Translations under genes and position numbers: made by a program | The notes under the pieces: model-generated | Told to the model about the DNA's origin: nothing | Seen by the model: the letters and a program-made list of their open reading frames with translations, nothing else | The model's database searches: none | Shown here: positions 9,163-18,783 of the stretch, piece by piece | Position numbering within the stretch: position 1 is the first letter of the stretch | Layout of the letters: every line of letters begins with the position of its first letter | Origin: Bdellovibrionales bacterium | GTDB taxonomy: Bacteria > Bdellovibrionota > Bdellovibrionia > Bdellovibrionales > UBA1609 | Reading direction: 5' to 3' | Assembly: GCA_965116155.1 (NCBI GenBank) | Contig: OZ220488.1 | Span: 1,385,458-1,449,457 of the forward strand | DNA: 64,000 nucleotides

Positions 9163-9341
9163 TTGACACATGTCAATTTTCTAACACACACCCCCTACAC
9201 ACCTAAGTGGGGCGGGAGGATGCGGTATATGCTTAAGGGCTAATGTGGGCCCTTGTGGCCAGCACTTGGTCTGTGTGGCACAGCTTTTGCACCAGCAAAC
9301 CCCTAGGGCATTGCGTATTTGCCCTAAGGGGGGCACAGGGG

Positions 9342-10124
9342 ATGGCGTATAAGGAGTTTCAAGAGAGCAAACTTTTATCGGCGTATAAAAAAAACGCAAA
9401 CTCCCTAACAGAAGCTCAAAAAAATCAGCTCATCCTCGACTACACGCCTTTAATTAAATTTGTAGCCCAGCGCATATCAGCACGTCTGCCCGGGCACATA
9501 GAAACCAACGATCTTATCTCAAGCGGTGTTATAGGCTTAATGGATGCCTTAGAAAAATACGACCCCTCGCGAGACAATAAATTTAAAACCTACGCCGAGT
9601 TTCGTATAAGAGGCAGCATACTAGATGAGCTGCGTTCTCAAGATTGGGTTCCGCGTTCTATTAGAGACAAAGCCAAAAGCTTAGAAAAAGCCCGCACTAG
9701 TCTTGAGGCCAAACTCAACCGCACTCCCACTGCAGAAGAGCTGTCCCAATTCCTAGGCATTAGTATGGACGAATACCACACCCTGGTAAACAAAGTGCAT
9801 CCTGCAAGTGTGTTTTCAATAGACAACGAGCCACATTTTGGAGACGTAGATAAAAGATCACTGCTGAACCTTTTAGAAGATTGTAAAATCAATAACCCGT
9901 TTCACTTTTTAGAAACCCAAAACATTAAAAAAATCATGGTCGACGCTATAAGCGCTTTGCCAGAGCGCCAAAAAATGGTGCTCTCTTTGTACTACTACGA
10001 AGACATCAATTTAAGAAAAATTGGCCAACTGCTAAAAGTCACCGAAAGCCGTGTGTCGCAACTGCATGCACAGGCCATAAAAAACCTAAAATCCCTTATC
10101 AAGTCCGGCATGAATAAAAGCTAA
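9342..10124 (+). CDS. fliA: RNA polymerase sigma-28 factor FliA/WhiG
   Basis: Region 2 is LISSGVIGLMDALEKYDPSRDNKFKTYAEFRIRGSILDELR. Region 4.2 is LKVTESRVSQLHAQAIKNLK. Start taken at the ATG at 9342 (MAYKEFQ). Confidence 0.9.
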   Translation: MAYKEFQESKLLSAYKKNANSLTEAQKNQLILDYTPLIKFVAQRISARLPGHIETNDLISSGVIGLMDALEKYDPSRDNKFKTYAEFRIRGSILDELRSQDWVPRSIRDKAKSLEKARTSLEAKLNRTPTAEELSQFLGISMDEYHTLVNKVHPASVFSIDNEPHFGDVDKRSLLNLLEDCKINNPFHFLETQNIKKIMVDAISALPERQKMVLSLYYYEDINLRKIGQLLKVTESRVSQLHAQAIKNLKSLIKSGMNKS

Positions 10125-10335
10125 TCAAAGAGCTAGCAAGGCAACTGGCATGCGGCGTAGTCCCTTTGGCAGCGCCTTTAGGCGCGTCAGCCAAGGGGGC
10201 CAGCAAGCCTCCAGTGGTCTTGCGGCCTATAAGGCTTTTACGGCCCTGTAGCCTTGGGCGATCTTTAGGCACAAGGCGACCAGACCTTCGTCAAAGATAC
10301 GGCAACTTTGACCTCAAAGTGCAGTCCCCACAAAC
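10125..10335. repeat. Degenerate copy of the linker module of the repeat family, in inverted orientation
   Basis: GCGGCCTATAAGGC...CCTGTAGCCTTGGGCGATCTTTAGGCACAAGGCGACCAGACCTTCGTCAAAG matches the reverse complement of the module at 18603-18682 and 887-984. Confidence 0.55.
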
Positions 10336-10338
10336 CTA

Positions 10339-10346
10339 GCCGATAA
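10339..10346 (+). promoter_or_regulatory. Candidate sigma-28 -10 element (GCCGATAA) upstream of ORF 10367
   Basis: Exact 8-mer match to the FliA -10 consensus, about 20-30 nt upstream of the ORF start and just downstream of fliA. The only TAAA-like -35 (TCAAAGTG, 10313-10320) is spaced too far away. Confidence 0.3.
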
Positions 10347-10366
10347 GCCTGTAAGAGAGCTTATGA

Positions 10367-11071
10367 GTGAGGGGTTCTATGCGCCAAAAGAGCAACAATG
10401 TTCTAAAATTTCCAACTAAGCTTGAGTCTCCAACGAGAGACTCCAATAAACGTGCGCAAGTGCAACAAAAAAGACGCCTGCAAATTGTGGGCTTTGTCTT
10501 GGTGTTTTTAGTGCTTTTGTTAGGTAGTTTTTGGTTCAACTATTATATGATAAAAAAAGCCCAAAGCCGCGTGCAGCTGGTGCCCGAGACTGATGCCGCA
10601 CAAGGCACAAAGGGGCGCAAATTGGCAAGTGCTGCAAAGGTGCCACATATAAAGCGCGCGCAAAAAAACGACCTCATATCGCGCAAGCTGAGTGCACTTA
10701 AAACTCCTGGCATTTTAGCAGAAGCACCCAGCTTGTCTGACCAATTGCAGTACGGCGCTTTGCTCGGTTACTACCATGTGAGCTTTATGCACGATACCAA
10801 GTCGAGTCAAAAATTTATTTCTGCATTGCGTTTTAACGATACCATAGGGGTGCACCCCGCACGTGTTGAAAATTTAAAACAATTCGCATTTAAGTACCAA
10901 AAAATTTGGCCCGTGGCTTTTGATGGGCTTAGGCTTAAAGCTAAAACTTTAAAAGACCACCGCATTAAACATACCTACATTATGCAAAAAGGCAATCAAG
11001 ATGTAGGGGAGATGCTTTTTACTACCGACAAACTCCAGCACCTTTTGCAGCTCAAGATTACAAAGTTATAG
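10367..11071 (+). CDS. Hypothetical membrane-anchored protein (234 aa; alternative start at 10379)
   Basis: Single hydrophobic helix IVGFVLVFLVLLLGSFWF after a basic N-terminus. I recognise no family. Confidence 0.55.
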   Translation: MRGSMRQKSNNVLKFPTKLESPTRDSNKRAQVQQKRRLQIVGFVLVFLVLLLGSFWFNYYMIKKAQSRVQLVPETDAAQGTKGRKLASAAKVPHIKRAQKNDLISRKLSALKTPGILAEAPSLSDQLQYGALLGYYHVSFMHDTKSSQKFISALRFNDTIGVHPARVENLKQFAFKYQKIWPVAFDGLRLKAKTLKDHRIKHTYIMQKGNQDVGEMLFTTDKLQHLLQLKITKL

Positions 11072-12365
11072 ATTTCATTATTTTCTGTGTTTGTTCTAGA
11101 CCTCTGGTCATTTTGTTGATGTCCTGCACCTTCGTGCCAGAGCCCTTGGCAATACGAAGGCGCCTGGAGCCGTTCAGCTTTACGCTGCCCGATCTTTCAC
11201 CCAAGGTCATAGAGTTTACTATAGCCTCCATGCGGCGCATCTCCTGCTGCAAAGACTTAGGTGAAGGCAATTGCCCCATCAGTTTGTGCCCGCCAGGCAG
11301 CATTTTAAGCATACTAGCCATGCCGCCCATTTTTTTAAGCATACGCATTTGCTTTATAAGGTCATCAAAGCTAAAGCTGCCTTTTTGTAGTTTGCGCATT
11401 TGGGCCTTGGCTTCTTTTGCGTCCATGGCCTCTTTGGCCCGCTCGGCTAAGCCTACGACATCGCCCATGCCCAAAATGCGGCCCGCTAAGCGCTTGGGGT
11501 AAAACACCTCTAGGTCTTGGGGTTTTTCGCCCGTGCCTAAAAATTTTATCGGCACCTGCGGCAACTGAGCTCTTACACTTAAAGCCGCGCCTGCTCTTGC
11601 GTCTCCATCCACCTTGCTAAGCACCAAGGCACTAAGGGGCACAGCTTCGTTAAAGCTTTTAGCCACTTCGACACTCTGTTGCCCCAGCATGGCATCCAAA
11701 ACCAAAACACTTTCTTGAGGGTTAAATAGTTTATGCACATGCTTAAGTTCGTGCATAAGTTCTTCGTCCACCGCTAGCCTACCCGCGGTGTCTAGCACCA
11801 AAATATCCAAACGCGTATCTTTTGCCCAAGCACAAACCTGCAATTGCAGCTCCTGCCAGTCCATTGAAGAGTCTGTGTTAAAGGTGGGGGTTTGAGTTTG
11901 TTGGCCCAATACTTTAAGCTGCTTAATCGCAGCAGGGCGCTTTAGGTCCAAAGGCACAAGGCCTACTTTTTTGTTTTGTTTTTTAAACCACACTCCTAAC
12001 TTGGCGGCAGTTGTGGTTTTGCCTACACCCTGCAAACCGGCCAGTAGCAAAGCCCCAGGGCGCGCGTTTTTAAAACTAAGCCCTGCCCCATGATCCGCTC
12101 CACCACCTAAAAGCTGCACCATTTCGTCGTGCACAATTTTGGTAAACTGCACACCTGCGTCCATGTTTTTTAAAATGTTTTGCCCTAGAGATTTTTGCTT
12201 TACACGCTCAACAAAGTCTCTGGCCACTTTAAAGTTGGTGTCTGCTTCTAAAAGGCTTTGGCGGATCTTGCGTACGGTGGCGTCGATGTTGCTTTGGGTT
12301 AAGCGCCCTTGGCCACGCAGGCTGTCTAAACTATCGGCTACTTTTTGTGTGAGTTTATCAAACAT
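11058..12365 (-). CDS. ffh: Signal recognition particle protein Ffh
   Basis: GLQGVGKTTTAAKLG, DTAGRL and SKVDGDARAGAALS. The Met-rich M domain reads MRMLKKMGGMASMLKMLPG. Confidence 0.97.
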   Translation of the reverse strand: MFDKLTQKVADSLDSLRGQGRLTQSNIDATVRKIRQSLLEADTNFKVARDFVERVKQKSLGQNILKNMDAGVQFTKIVHDEMVQLLGGGADHGAGLSFKNARPGALLLAGLQGVGKTTTAAKLGVWFKKQNKKVGLVPLDLKRPAAIKQLKVLGQQTQTPTFNTDSSMDWQELQLQVCAWAKDTRLDILVLDTAGRLAVDEELMHELKHVHKLFNPQESVLVLDAMLGQQSVEVAKSFNEAVPLSALVLSKVDGDARAGAALSVRAQLPQVPIKFLGTGEKPQDLEVFYPKRLAGRILGMGDVVGLAERAKEAMDAKEAKAQMRKLQKGSFSFDDLIKQMRMLKKMGGMASMLKMLPGGHKLMGQLPSPKSLQQEMRRMEAIVNSMTLGERSGSVKLNGSRRLRIAKGSGTKVQDINKMTRGLEQTQKIMKSITL

Positions 12366-12381
12366 TTTTATTTACCTGATG

Positions 12382-13422
12382 TTATTTGAGCTTTGGGTGC
12401 TCTTTGGGTTCTGGCAAAAAATGCTTAGCAAATTTTTGCGGGTCAAAGTCCACTAGATCCGTTAAAGACTCGCCCACCCCCAAGGCCCAAATGGGCACCT
12501 GCAGCTCGTGCCACAAGCTTAATACTGCGCCCCCTTTAGAGCAGCCGTCCATTTTATTTAGCACTATGCCGTTTAAAGATAAATCCTGGTGAAACCTCCG
12601 CGCTTGCGTTAGGGCATTTTGCCCCGTTGTGGCGTCTAGCACCATAACCACCTTTACTGTAGGCGAAAGTTTTTGGGCGATGTGTTTAATTTTTACCAGC
12701 TCTTGCATAAGAGGCTCTTGGGTGTGCAAGCGCCCTGCAGTATCCACAAGGGCCAAGCGGCTCTGCTTGGCGCAAAGGCTTAGAGCATCAAAAACCACAG
12801 CACTCGCGCGCGCGCCATGTTGGGTGTAGCAGTCTAAACCCGCTCGCTCGCTCCAGATCTGTAGCTGCTCTTCTGCTCCTGCACGAAAGCAATCTCCTCC
12901 CACAAGATACGGAGAGAGGTTTTTTAATTTATAACCCACGCGCCCTATGGTGGTGGTTTTGCCAGAGCCGTTAATACCCACAAACAGCACAGCTGCATGG
13001 CACGAGGCTGAATGCTCTTTCATATGGCCTGTTAAGTATTCGTATAAGCTTTTTTGCGGGTGAGAGCCTAAAACCCCCTCCACAAGTGTAGAGAGTTTTT
13101 TATGGGCCTGAGGTTCTGTGCTGGCGGGTTGTAACTGCTCTAAAAAATCTTCGCACAAAGCAGGGCTCAGATCGCTTAAATATAAACTCTCCTCAATGCC
13201 GCTGAGTAAATCTTTATCGCGCCCCAGGCTCCATCTTAATTGCGAGTACCAAGGTTTGTGGGGCGTGGCGCGGTGAGCGGAGTCTGCAAGAGCTTCAGGA
13301 GGTTGCTTGGTGGATGGGGGTGCGGCTTTTGGAGGAGCTTTTTTGGCTCGTAGCCAAACAAATACCCCCACACCCAAGGCCACAAGGGTCACTAACAATA
13401 GGCCAAAGCCCCACTCGTTCAT
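12382..13422 (-). CDS. ftsY: SRP receptor FtsY with an N-terminal transmembrane anchor
   Basis: GINGSGKTTTIGRVG, GDCFRAGAEEQLQIW, VDTAGRLHTQ, LNKMDGCSKGG and LGVGESLTDLVDF. The TKLDET-type FlhF signature is absent. Confidence 0.9.
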   Translation of the reverse strand: MNEWGFGLLLVTLVALGVGVFVWLRAKKAPPKAAPPSTKQPPEALADSAHRATPHKPWYSQLRWSLGRDKDLLSGIEESLYLSDLSPALCEDFLEQLQPASTEPQAHKKLSTLVEGVLGSHPQKSLYEYLTGHMKEHSASCHAAVLFVGINGSGKTTTIGRVGYKLKNLSPYLVGGDCFRAGAEEQLQIWSERAGLDCYTQHGARASAVVFDALSLCAKQSRLALVDTAGRLHTQEPLMQELVKIKHIAQKLSPTVKVVMVLDATTGQNALTQARRFHQDLSLNGIVLNKMDGCSKGGAVLSLWHELQVPIWALGVGESLTDLVDFDPQKFAKHFLPEPKEHPKLK

Positions 13423-14303
13423 GGCGAAGCAGGCTCCGTTGCAGGCGTGCCACTGGCTTGGGTGCTGTTAGCGGGCTTGTGCTCGGGCTGTTTTGCAGTC
13501 TTTTGCGGCGTTTGGGGCATGGTTTTTTGTAAACTCTTAGCTAGCTGCAAAAAGCTTTTACTAATTGCGTGATCGGGTTCGGCCTCTATTAGGGGCACAC
13601 CGGCTTCGCAGCTTTGCCCTACAGCAGGGTCAAAAGGCAGCTGAGCCAGTAGCGGCACCTGGAGCTGTGCTAAAAATTGCTTAAGCTCTCCTTTTGGGAA
13701 CAAATGCACGGGCTCTTGTCCAGGCACTTTAAGGGGGCCCATATTTTCCACGGCGCCTAAAACTTTAATGCTCACTTGGCTAAACATATCGCAGGCCTTT
13801 TTAGCATCGGCGAGTGCGATATTTTGGGGCGTGCACACCAGCACCGCGCCTAGGGATGGCACCTTTTGGGCCAGGGTCAGCGCTACGTCTCCTGTGCCCG
13901 GAGGCAGGTCTACTAACAATAGGTCGAGCTCTCCCCAGAGCACATCACGCAAAAACTGCCCTATGGCCTTAAAAAGCATAGGCCCTCGCCATACCACAGC
14001 GCGCGCTTCTTCTACCAACAGCCCCAGGCTCATAAGTTTAATGCCAAAATACTGAAGCGGGTGGATTTTGTTGCCCTCTACAGCGCAGCTTTGGTTTAAG
14101 GCCCCCATCATGCGGGGTATGGACGGACCGTAAATGTCGCCATCTAAAATCCCCACGCGCAGCCCTGTGCGCTTAAAGGCGCAGGCCAGGTTAAGGCTAA
14201 CAGTGCTTTTACCTACACCGCCCTTGCCGCTGCCTACCAGCAGCACATGCTTTACGCCTGCTATAGGAGCTTGGCCAGACCATGGGTTGGGGGGAGTTTT
14301 CAT
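13419..14303 (-). CDS. mrp: Mrp/ApbC (NBP35) family P-loop ATPase with a Pro/Thr-rich C-terminal tail
   Basis: Deviant Walker A VGSGKGGVGKSTVSLNLA and DLPPGTGD. The stop overlaps the ftsY start. Confidence 0.85.
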   Translation of the reverse strand: MKTPPNPWSGQAPIAGVKHVLLVGSGKGGVGKSTVSLNLACAFKRTGLRVGILDGDIYGPSIPRMMGALNQSCAVEGNKIHPLQYFGIKLMSLGLLVEEARAVVWRGPMLFKAIGQFLRDVLWGELDLLLVDLPPGTGDVALTLAQKVPSLGAVLVCTPQNIALADAKKACDMFSQVSIKVLGAVENMGPLKVPGQEPVHLFPKGELKQFLAQLQVPLLAQLPFDPAVGQSCEAGVPLIEAEPDHAISKSFLQLAKSLQKTMPQTPQKTAKQPEHKPANSTQASGTPATEPASP

Positions 14304-14468
14304 AAGGGGTGCTCCTTTGTAACTAGGCTAAGGTGGATGTGGCAAGGCAAGACCTTTGGCCTTAGGTATTAAGGCTCTGGCTTTGCCTTTGTTGGGGCTT
14401 GGGTTTTAAGCTTTTAAAGGGGACTCTGGGCACCAACTAATGCGCCCCGGGCCCTTTTTGTTAAAGGG

Positions 14469-17400
14469 GTGAAGGGGGATATGATAAAAAAACTACCACT
14501 TCTTCTGCTGTTAGTCCTGGGTCTGGGCCTGGCCTTGGGCCGCTGTGCTACTGAAAAAAAAGCTCCCGTCGTGTATTCTAGCAGGCTTCCTTCTGCCGAG
14601 GTGAGCAGTGTGGTGTTTAAGCGGCAACTTAGCGTGCCCGGGCCTGTGAATGTGCAGATACCCTTGCAAGAGGTGCAGATCCCATGCTCGCAGGCTGACC
14701 AGGGCGGCAACGAAGACGTGTGCACACTGGTTTTCGATTTGGCAGAAAGTCGCAGCTTTGGGTGGCGCCAGGACGATGTAAATATTGATAATAAATTGTT
14801 CCCCCAATCGGTGTGCATGTTTAAGGACTCGGGCTTTGATGAGGCCGATAGGCCTTTTTTGCCCATAAGCCTTATGACGCGCGACCATATAGACACGCGT
14901 GTGGCGCTGTCGCGTGGGTTTTATGCGCCCCGAAACATCTGCTACAACGCCGAAAACTACCCCATAGAAGAGGTGCACCTGTTTTACAGAGTGACAGAAA
15001 ACTCCGTAGGCGATGCCACGGCTGCAGGTTTTAGATACACCAGCGTTGAGGGTGTTGTGGGTAGTAGCGCACTTTGTGGGGATAATGAGCGTGGTCAAGT
15101 AGAGGTTAAGTGCAATGAGGAAGCAGGCAAATGGTGCGCATGCGAGAATGAAGCAGACCCTGAGCAATGTGTGTTTAATAAACTTTTTGGCATTGGTAGA
15201 GGCGATGGTTTTAGCAACGAAGGCTTTGAACAAGCCGGTGACGACGAAGCCACATACCCCATTAACAGCGCGTGTGCCAAGAGGCAAAACCCAAGCGACA
15301 CAACTCAGTTAGAACCCGCGTTTAATACTTTGCATGCCAAAAATAACAGCTGTTGGGATAACGACCTTACAGATAACAAGCCGGGCGGAGCGTGCCCACC
15401 GCACATTCGTTACCAGCAGCCCAAGCGGAGCTCTTTTACCCAAGCCGAAGTGGAAGAGTTTTTTACTATGCATACAGAGCTAAGGGGCAAAATGGGGCAG
15501 GTGATTATAGATGTGTTTTCTGAGAACCATCAGGTTCTAGAAGCCACTTACGAGCATTTGCCGCGTGAAATCAGCAACAAAGCGCAGCCGCGTTTGCATG
15601 TGCATGCGCGCGCTGTGGGCATGGCGCATATAGCTTTGCGGGCGACGCTGCCGGGCGTGGACCAAGATGTTTATGAGGTGCGTGTTCCTATGGGAGTGGT
15701 GCCGTATAAGCAGGCCCATGTGCGCATAGACCCAGGGGCAAATGCTGCTAGAGGCAATGAGCCTAATGTGGGCACAGAGTACACGTGGGAAGCCTTGGTG
15801 GAGGGCCCGAGCAAAACCGTGCAAGGTTTGTTAACGCACTACAATGTATTGGCTCACGAGCCTGTACCAGGAGAGCATACAAAAAATTTCGAAGAAGAGC
15901 GCGAGAGCAGCGTGTTTTTTCAAGAGCTTTTAACTTTTTGTCCATCGGCTGATGGTACAGAGTGCCCAGCGCCTGCGGAAAAAGAAGGCGGTGATGATGA
16001 CGATGAAGAAGAGGGCGAAAGCAAGTCAAAAGAAGATGAAAACGCGCACTGTGTGCTGCCGTATTGTCCAGGATTTACGCCCTTGTATGGGTTTTGGGAG
16101 GACGCGCGCCATCGCAACCACCCCAACAATCACCGCTACAGGTACAGGCGCTGCGTGGGGCCAGCGGGTACGCCCTGTGATAGCACCAACTTTGAGCGCC
16201 GTGTGTATTCGGGCGTGATAGAGCGCAGCACTCAGGGGTATGTGGGGTTTTGGTTTCCTACGCGTTTGAGGCTGGGCTTTGCTATGCTTGGCCAGGGTAG
16301 TTCTATTTGCGCAAAAGGAGTCCACTGTGTGCGTGGCGAAGATCAGTTGATACAAAACGGCTGTGGCGAGGGCGCGGATGTGTGTGCGAGTTTTGCGGAC
16401 TTTAACTTGGTGCAATCGATAAAGCATGGCGCTGCGCCAGAGCTAGGTGTGGCAGAGACCTTGGTGTATGGCCGTCACCCCAGCAGCGAGGATGCGGTGT
16501 CTTTTGTGCAGGCGGCGAGTTTTAAAAGGCAAGGTGGAATTGCGTCTTATGATAGGGTAAGCTTTTTGCTAAGGCCTGACTTCGAACCCAGTTATCAGTT
16601 TCCAGATAGCTTAACCCCTGCGCAAAAAACGGCTCGCAAAAAAGAGTGGCAAAAACAAGGTTTAGCGGCAGAGTTTTATGTGGGCTTTGAGCCTCAGTCT
16701 ATAAGTGTGTCAGGGGGCAACCCTATGACCATGCGTGACCAGCGAACCGGGCCTAAGGCTAACGGCTGGAGCCCCGAGCGCAACCAGTCGTATTTTAGGG
16801 TGCAGGTTTTTGAGAGTTTTAAAAAACTTTTTAGAAGCATGCACTTGGAGGACGAAGATGCCCTGGTTACAGTGGGCGGCATTAAAGTCGCAACTAATGA
16901 AAGCCTAAAAAACAAAGAGGGCGCCTATTTGGTTTCGGGCAAGGTGGATGGCAGAAACAACACGCGCGCAGGTTGGAGGCGGGATTACTTGATTCCACCC
17001 AGTAGCATTAAACTTGAGCGACTAAATAGCAAGACCCTATTCCCCGCACATAAGAGCGCTGCAAAAGTGGTTTGGTGCTTGCCAGAGGCCTACGACCCGC
17101 AGTCAGAGCATGCGCCTAGTTACGAAACCAATAGCGACTCAGAAAACAAAAACTCCCTAGCAACCCTGAAGCTGTGGTACAGCTTTTACGGCCACTTGCC
17201 TATGGGGGTGTTGTTCAAGCAACCCAAGCCTGCAGCGCGTGGTTCTTTGTTAGAGTCGGCTGAGCACTGGCCTGTTGCCAATACAGGCATTAAGCCACGT
17301 GGCACCAATACAGCCAACTTGGATCAAGAGATCTGGTGCAGCGAGCATTGCAGTGCTAACACTTTGGGTGGAACGCTCCAAAAGCCCTGCGTGGTGTTTA

Positions 17401-17567
17401 GTAGAAAAATGTGCAGAGGCTCTAATACGAGCGACAAATACTGCACACTGGATGGAGTGGGAGACTTGCTGAGGGAGAAAAAATTCACCCTCGTGGCTGT
17501 AGACCGCTACGCCAACGAGGCTTCGCTGGAGGGGTTATTTTTATCTATGGAAGAAGAAGGAGACTAA
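14469..17567 (+). CDS. Orphan Cys-rich secreted protein or lipoprotein (1032 aa)
   Basis: N-terminal signal KKLPLLLLLVLGLGLALGRCAT. Many Cys residues, an acidic patch GGDDDDEEEGESKSKEDEN and an RGD triplet. I recognise no family. Confidence 0.6.
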   Translation: MKGDMIKKLPLLLLLVLGLGLALGRCATEKKAPVVYSSRLPSAEVSSVVFKRQLSVPGPVNVQIPLQEVQIPCSQADQGGNEDVCTLVFDLAESRSFGWRQDDVNIDNKLFPQSVCMFKDSGFDEADRPFLPISLMTRDHIDTRVALSRGFYAPRNICYNAENYPIEEVHLFYRVTENSVGDATAAGFRYTSVEGVVGSSALCGDNERGQVEVKCNEEAGKWCACENEADPEQCVFNKLFGIGRGDGFSNEGFEQAGDDEATYPINSACAKRQNPSDTTQLEPAFNTLHAKNNSCWDNDLTDNKPGGACPPHIRYQQPKRSSFTQAEVEEFFTMHTELRGKMGQVIIDVFSENHQVLEATYEHLPREISNKAQPRLHVHARAVGMAHIALRATLPGVDQDVYEVRVPMGVVPYKQAHVRIDPGANAARGNEPNVGTEYTWEALVEGPSKTVQGLLTHYNVLAHEPVPGEHTKNFEEERESSVFFQELLTFCPSADGTECPAPAEKEGGDDDDEEEGESKSKEDENAHCVLPYCPGFTPLYGFWEDARHRNHPNNHRYRYRRCVGPAGTPCDSTNFERRVYSGVIERSTQGYVGFWFPTRLRLGFAMLGQGSSICAKGVHCVRGEDQLIQNGCGEGADVCASFADFNLVQSIKHGAAPELGVAETLVYGRHPSSEDAVSFVQAASFKRQGGIASYDRVSFLLRPDFEPSYQFPDSLTPAQKTARKKEWQKQGLAAEFYVGFEPQSISVSGGNPMTMRDQRTGPKANGWSPERNQSYFRVQVFESFKKLFRSMHLEDEDALVTVGGIKVATNESLKNKEGAYLVSGKVDGRNNTRAGWRRDYLIPPSSIKLERLNSKTLFPAHKSAAKVVWCLPEAYDPQSEHAPSYETNSDSENKNSLATLKLWYSFYGHLPMGVLFKQPKPAARGSLLESAEHWPVANTGIKPRGTNTANLDQEIWCSEHCSANTLGGTLQKPCVVFSRKMCRGSNTSDKYCTLDGVGDLLREKKFTLVAVDRYANEASLEGLFLSMEEEGD

Positions 17568-18602
17568 GTGTTGCGCTGGGTGCTAGCTTTGGTGTGTGTG
17601 AGCCTGCTTTGTCTTTCGGCTTTAAGGTGCGACGAGGCTCCTGAGGTTAGGTCTGCTATTAGGGCTTCTGTGCAGGTGCCGCGTTATTTGCCGCCTTTAA
17701 AGGTGGTAGTGTCTGCCCACTATAAGGGGCCAATTAATATGCAAAGCATGGCTCTAGCGCACTGGTTTTCACCCAGTTTAAAGGATAGAGAAATTTACAT
17801 TAACACCAAACGCCATGCAGAGCTTTATAGTCCTCGGGTGCTTTTGCACGAGGAGTGCGGCGCTCAGGCGGGCGGCGCGGAGCTAAGGAGCGCTCGCTCT
17901 AGCACGCCGCATGCTTCGGGCTTTAAACTTATGCACTGTTTAAGAGCGCAGGCCGAGGGGCAAAGTTCGGTGCTGCTAGGGGTGTCGTCTAAGCCTATTG
18001 TCGCAGGCGAGGTGTTTGAGCCTGAGCAGTCTCGTTTGGTGCAGTTTGTTGTAACACCGCATGCTGCAAAAATCCGCCTTGGTCCTCTTAATAGGGGGTA
18101 TTTTTTTACGGGCCCCACAAAGGCCTTGGATAATGCTTTTGCTGTTTATACTTTGGGTGATGCGCGGGATCCGGCTTTTAATAGTACTGCCCCGGCTACT
18201 GACAGTGTGTGGCCGTTTTTTGAGGGGCGTGTGGGCTTGGGCACTGTGGGCACGGATACCGTGGGGCGCGGCAGCAGCTGCTGTGCCACAGGTGGTGCGT
18301 ATTGCGATTTGCGTAGGGTAGAGGTGCCGGACCCGCGCCATACATCGGACCAAATTGTAGACGCCTGTGTGTTTGTATCGGGCCACAGCTATGCCGACAC
18401 CAAAGTCTCTGGCTATGAGCAGGTGCTATACCCCAGGGCGGCTGTGCTGCCATTGCCGCACCATATGCTGGTGGGTGTTTTAAAGGGAGCGCGGTTTAAA
18501 GCCGTGGCCCGTGTGGATGCCGAAAACCTAGCCCATGAGCTGAGTGCTGCCATTAAGGTCCAAAGCTTGCCCTCTTTTGATGCGCATCAGGGTGCACAGT
18601 AA
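17568..18602 (+). CDS. Orphan secreted protein (344 aa), apparently translationally coupled to the preceding ORF
   Basis: GTG start directly after the upstream TAA. Signal-like LRWVLALVCVSLLCLSALRC. No recognised family. Confidence 0.55.
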   Translation: MLRWVLALVCVSLLCLSALRCDEAPEVRSAIRASVQVPRYLPPLKVVVSAHYKGPINMQSMALAHWFSPSLKDREIYINTKRHAELYSPRVLLHEECGAQAGGAELRSARSSTPHASGFKLMHCLRAQAEGQSSVLLGVSSKPIVAGEVFEPEQSRLVQFVVTPHAAKIRLGPLNRGYFFTGPTKALDNAFAVYTLGDARDPAFNSTAPATDSVWPFFEGRVGLGTVGTDTVGRGSSCCATGGAYCDLRRVEVPDPRHTSDQIVDACVFVSGHSYADTKVSGYEQVLYPRAAVLPLPHHMLVGVLKGARFKAVARVDAENLAHELSAAIKVQSLPSFDAHQGAQ

Positions 18603-18783
18603 GGCTTTGACGGGAGTCTGGTCGCCTTGTGCTTAGAGATCGCACAATGCTGCTACAGGCTCATAGTAGCCTTATAGGCCGCAAAATTCTCTGTAGGACG
18701 CTTGGCACCCTGATGGCCGCCCCTTTGCAAGGGGCTATCAGGATGCCGCCGCTCTACCTCAGAGAATTTTACTAGCGCTCTAA
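18603..18783. repeat. Mosaic unit: linker module + AAAATTCTCTG hairpin (18683-18770) + boundary box
   Basis: GGCTTTGACGGG...GCTACAGGCTCATAGTAGCCTTATAGGCCGC, then a hairpin near identical to 985-1068, then ACTAGCGCTCTAA (18771-18783). Confidence 0.9.

Noticed and set aside
14511-15287. Long antisense ORFs lie inside confirmed genes: 258 aa here, plus 20829..21503, 57466..57993, 60576..61181, 8150..8560 and 32416..32892.
   Set aside because: They are shadow ORFs opposite strongly supported coding regions. Their composition (Ser/Pro/Ala/Arg-rich, no motifs) is typical of antisense frames.
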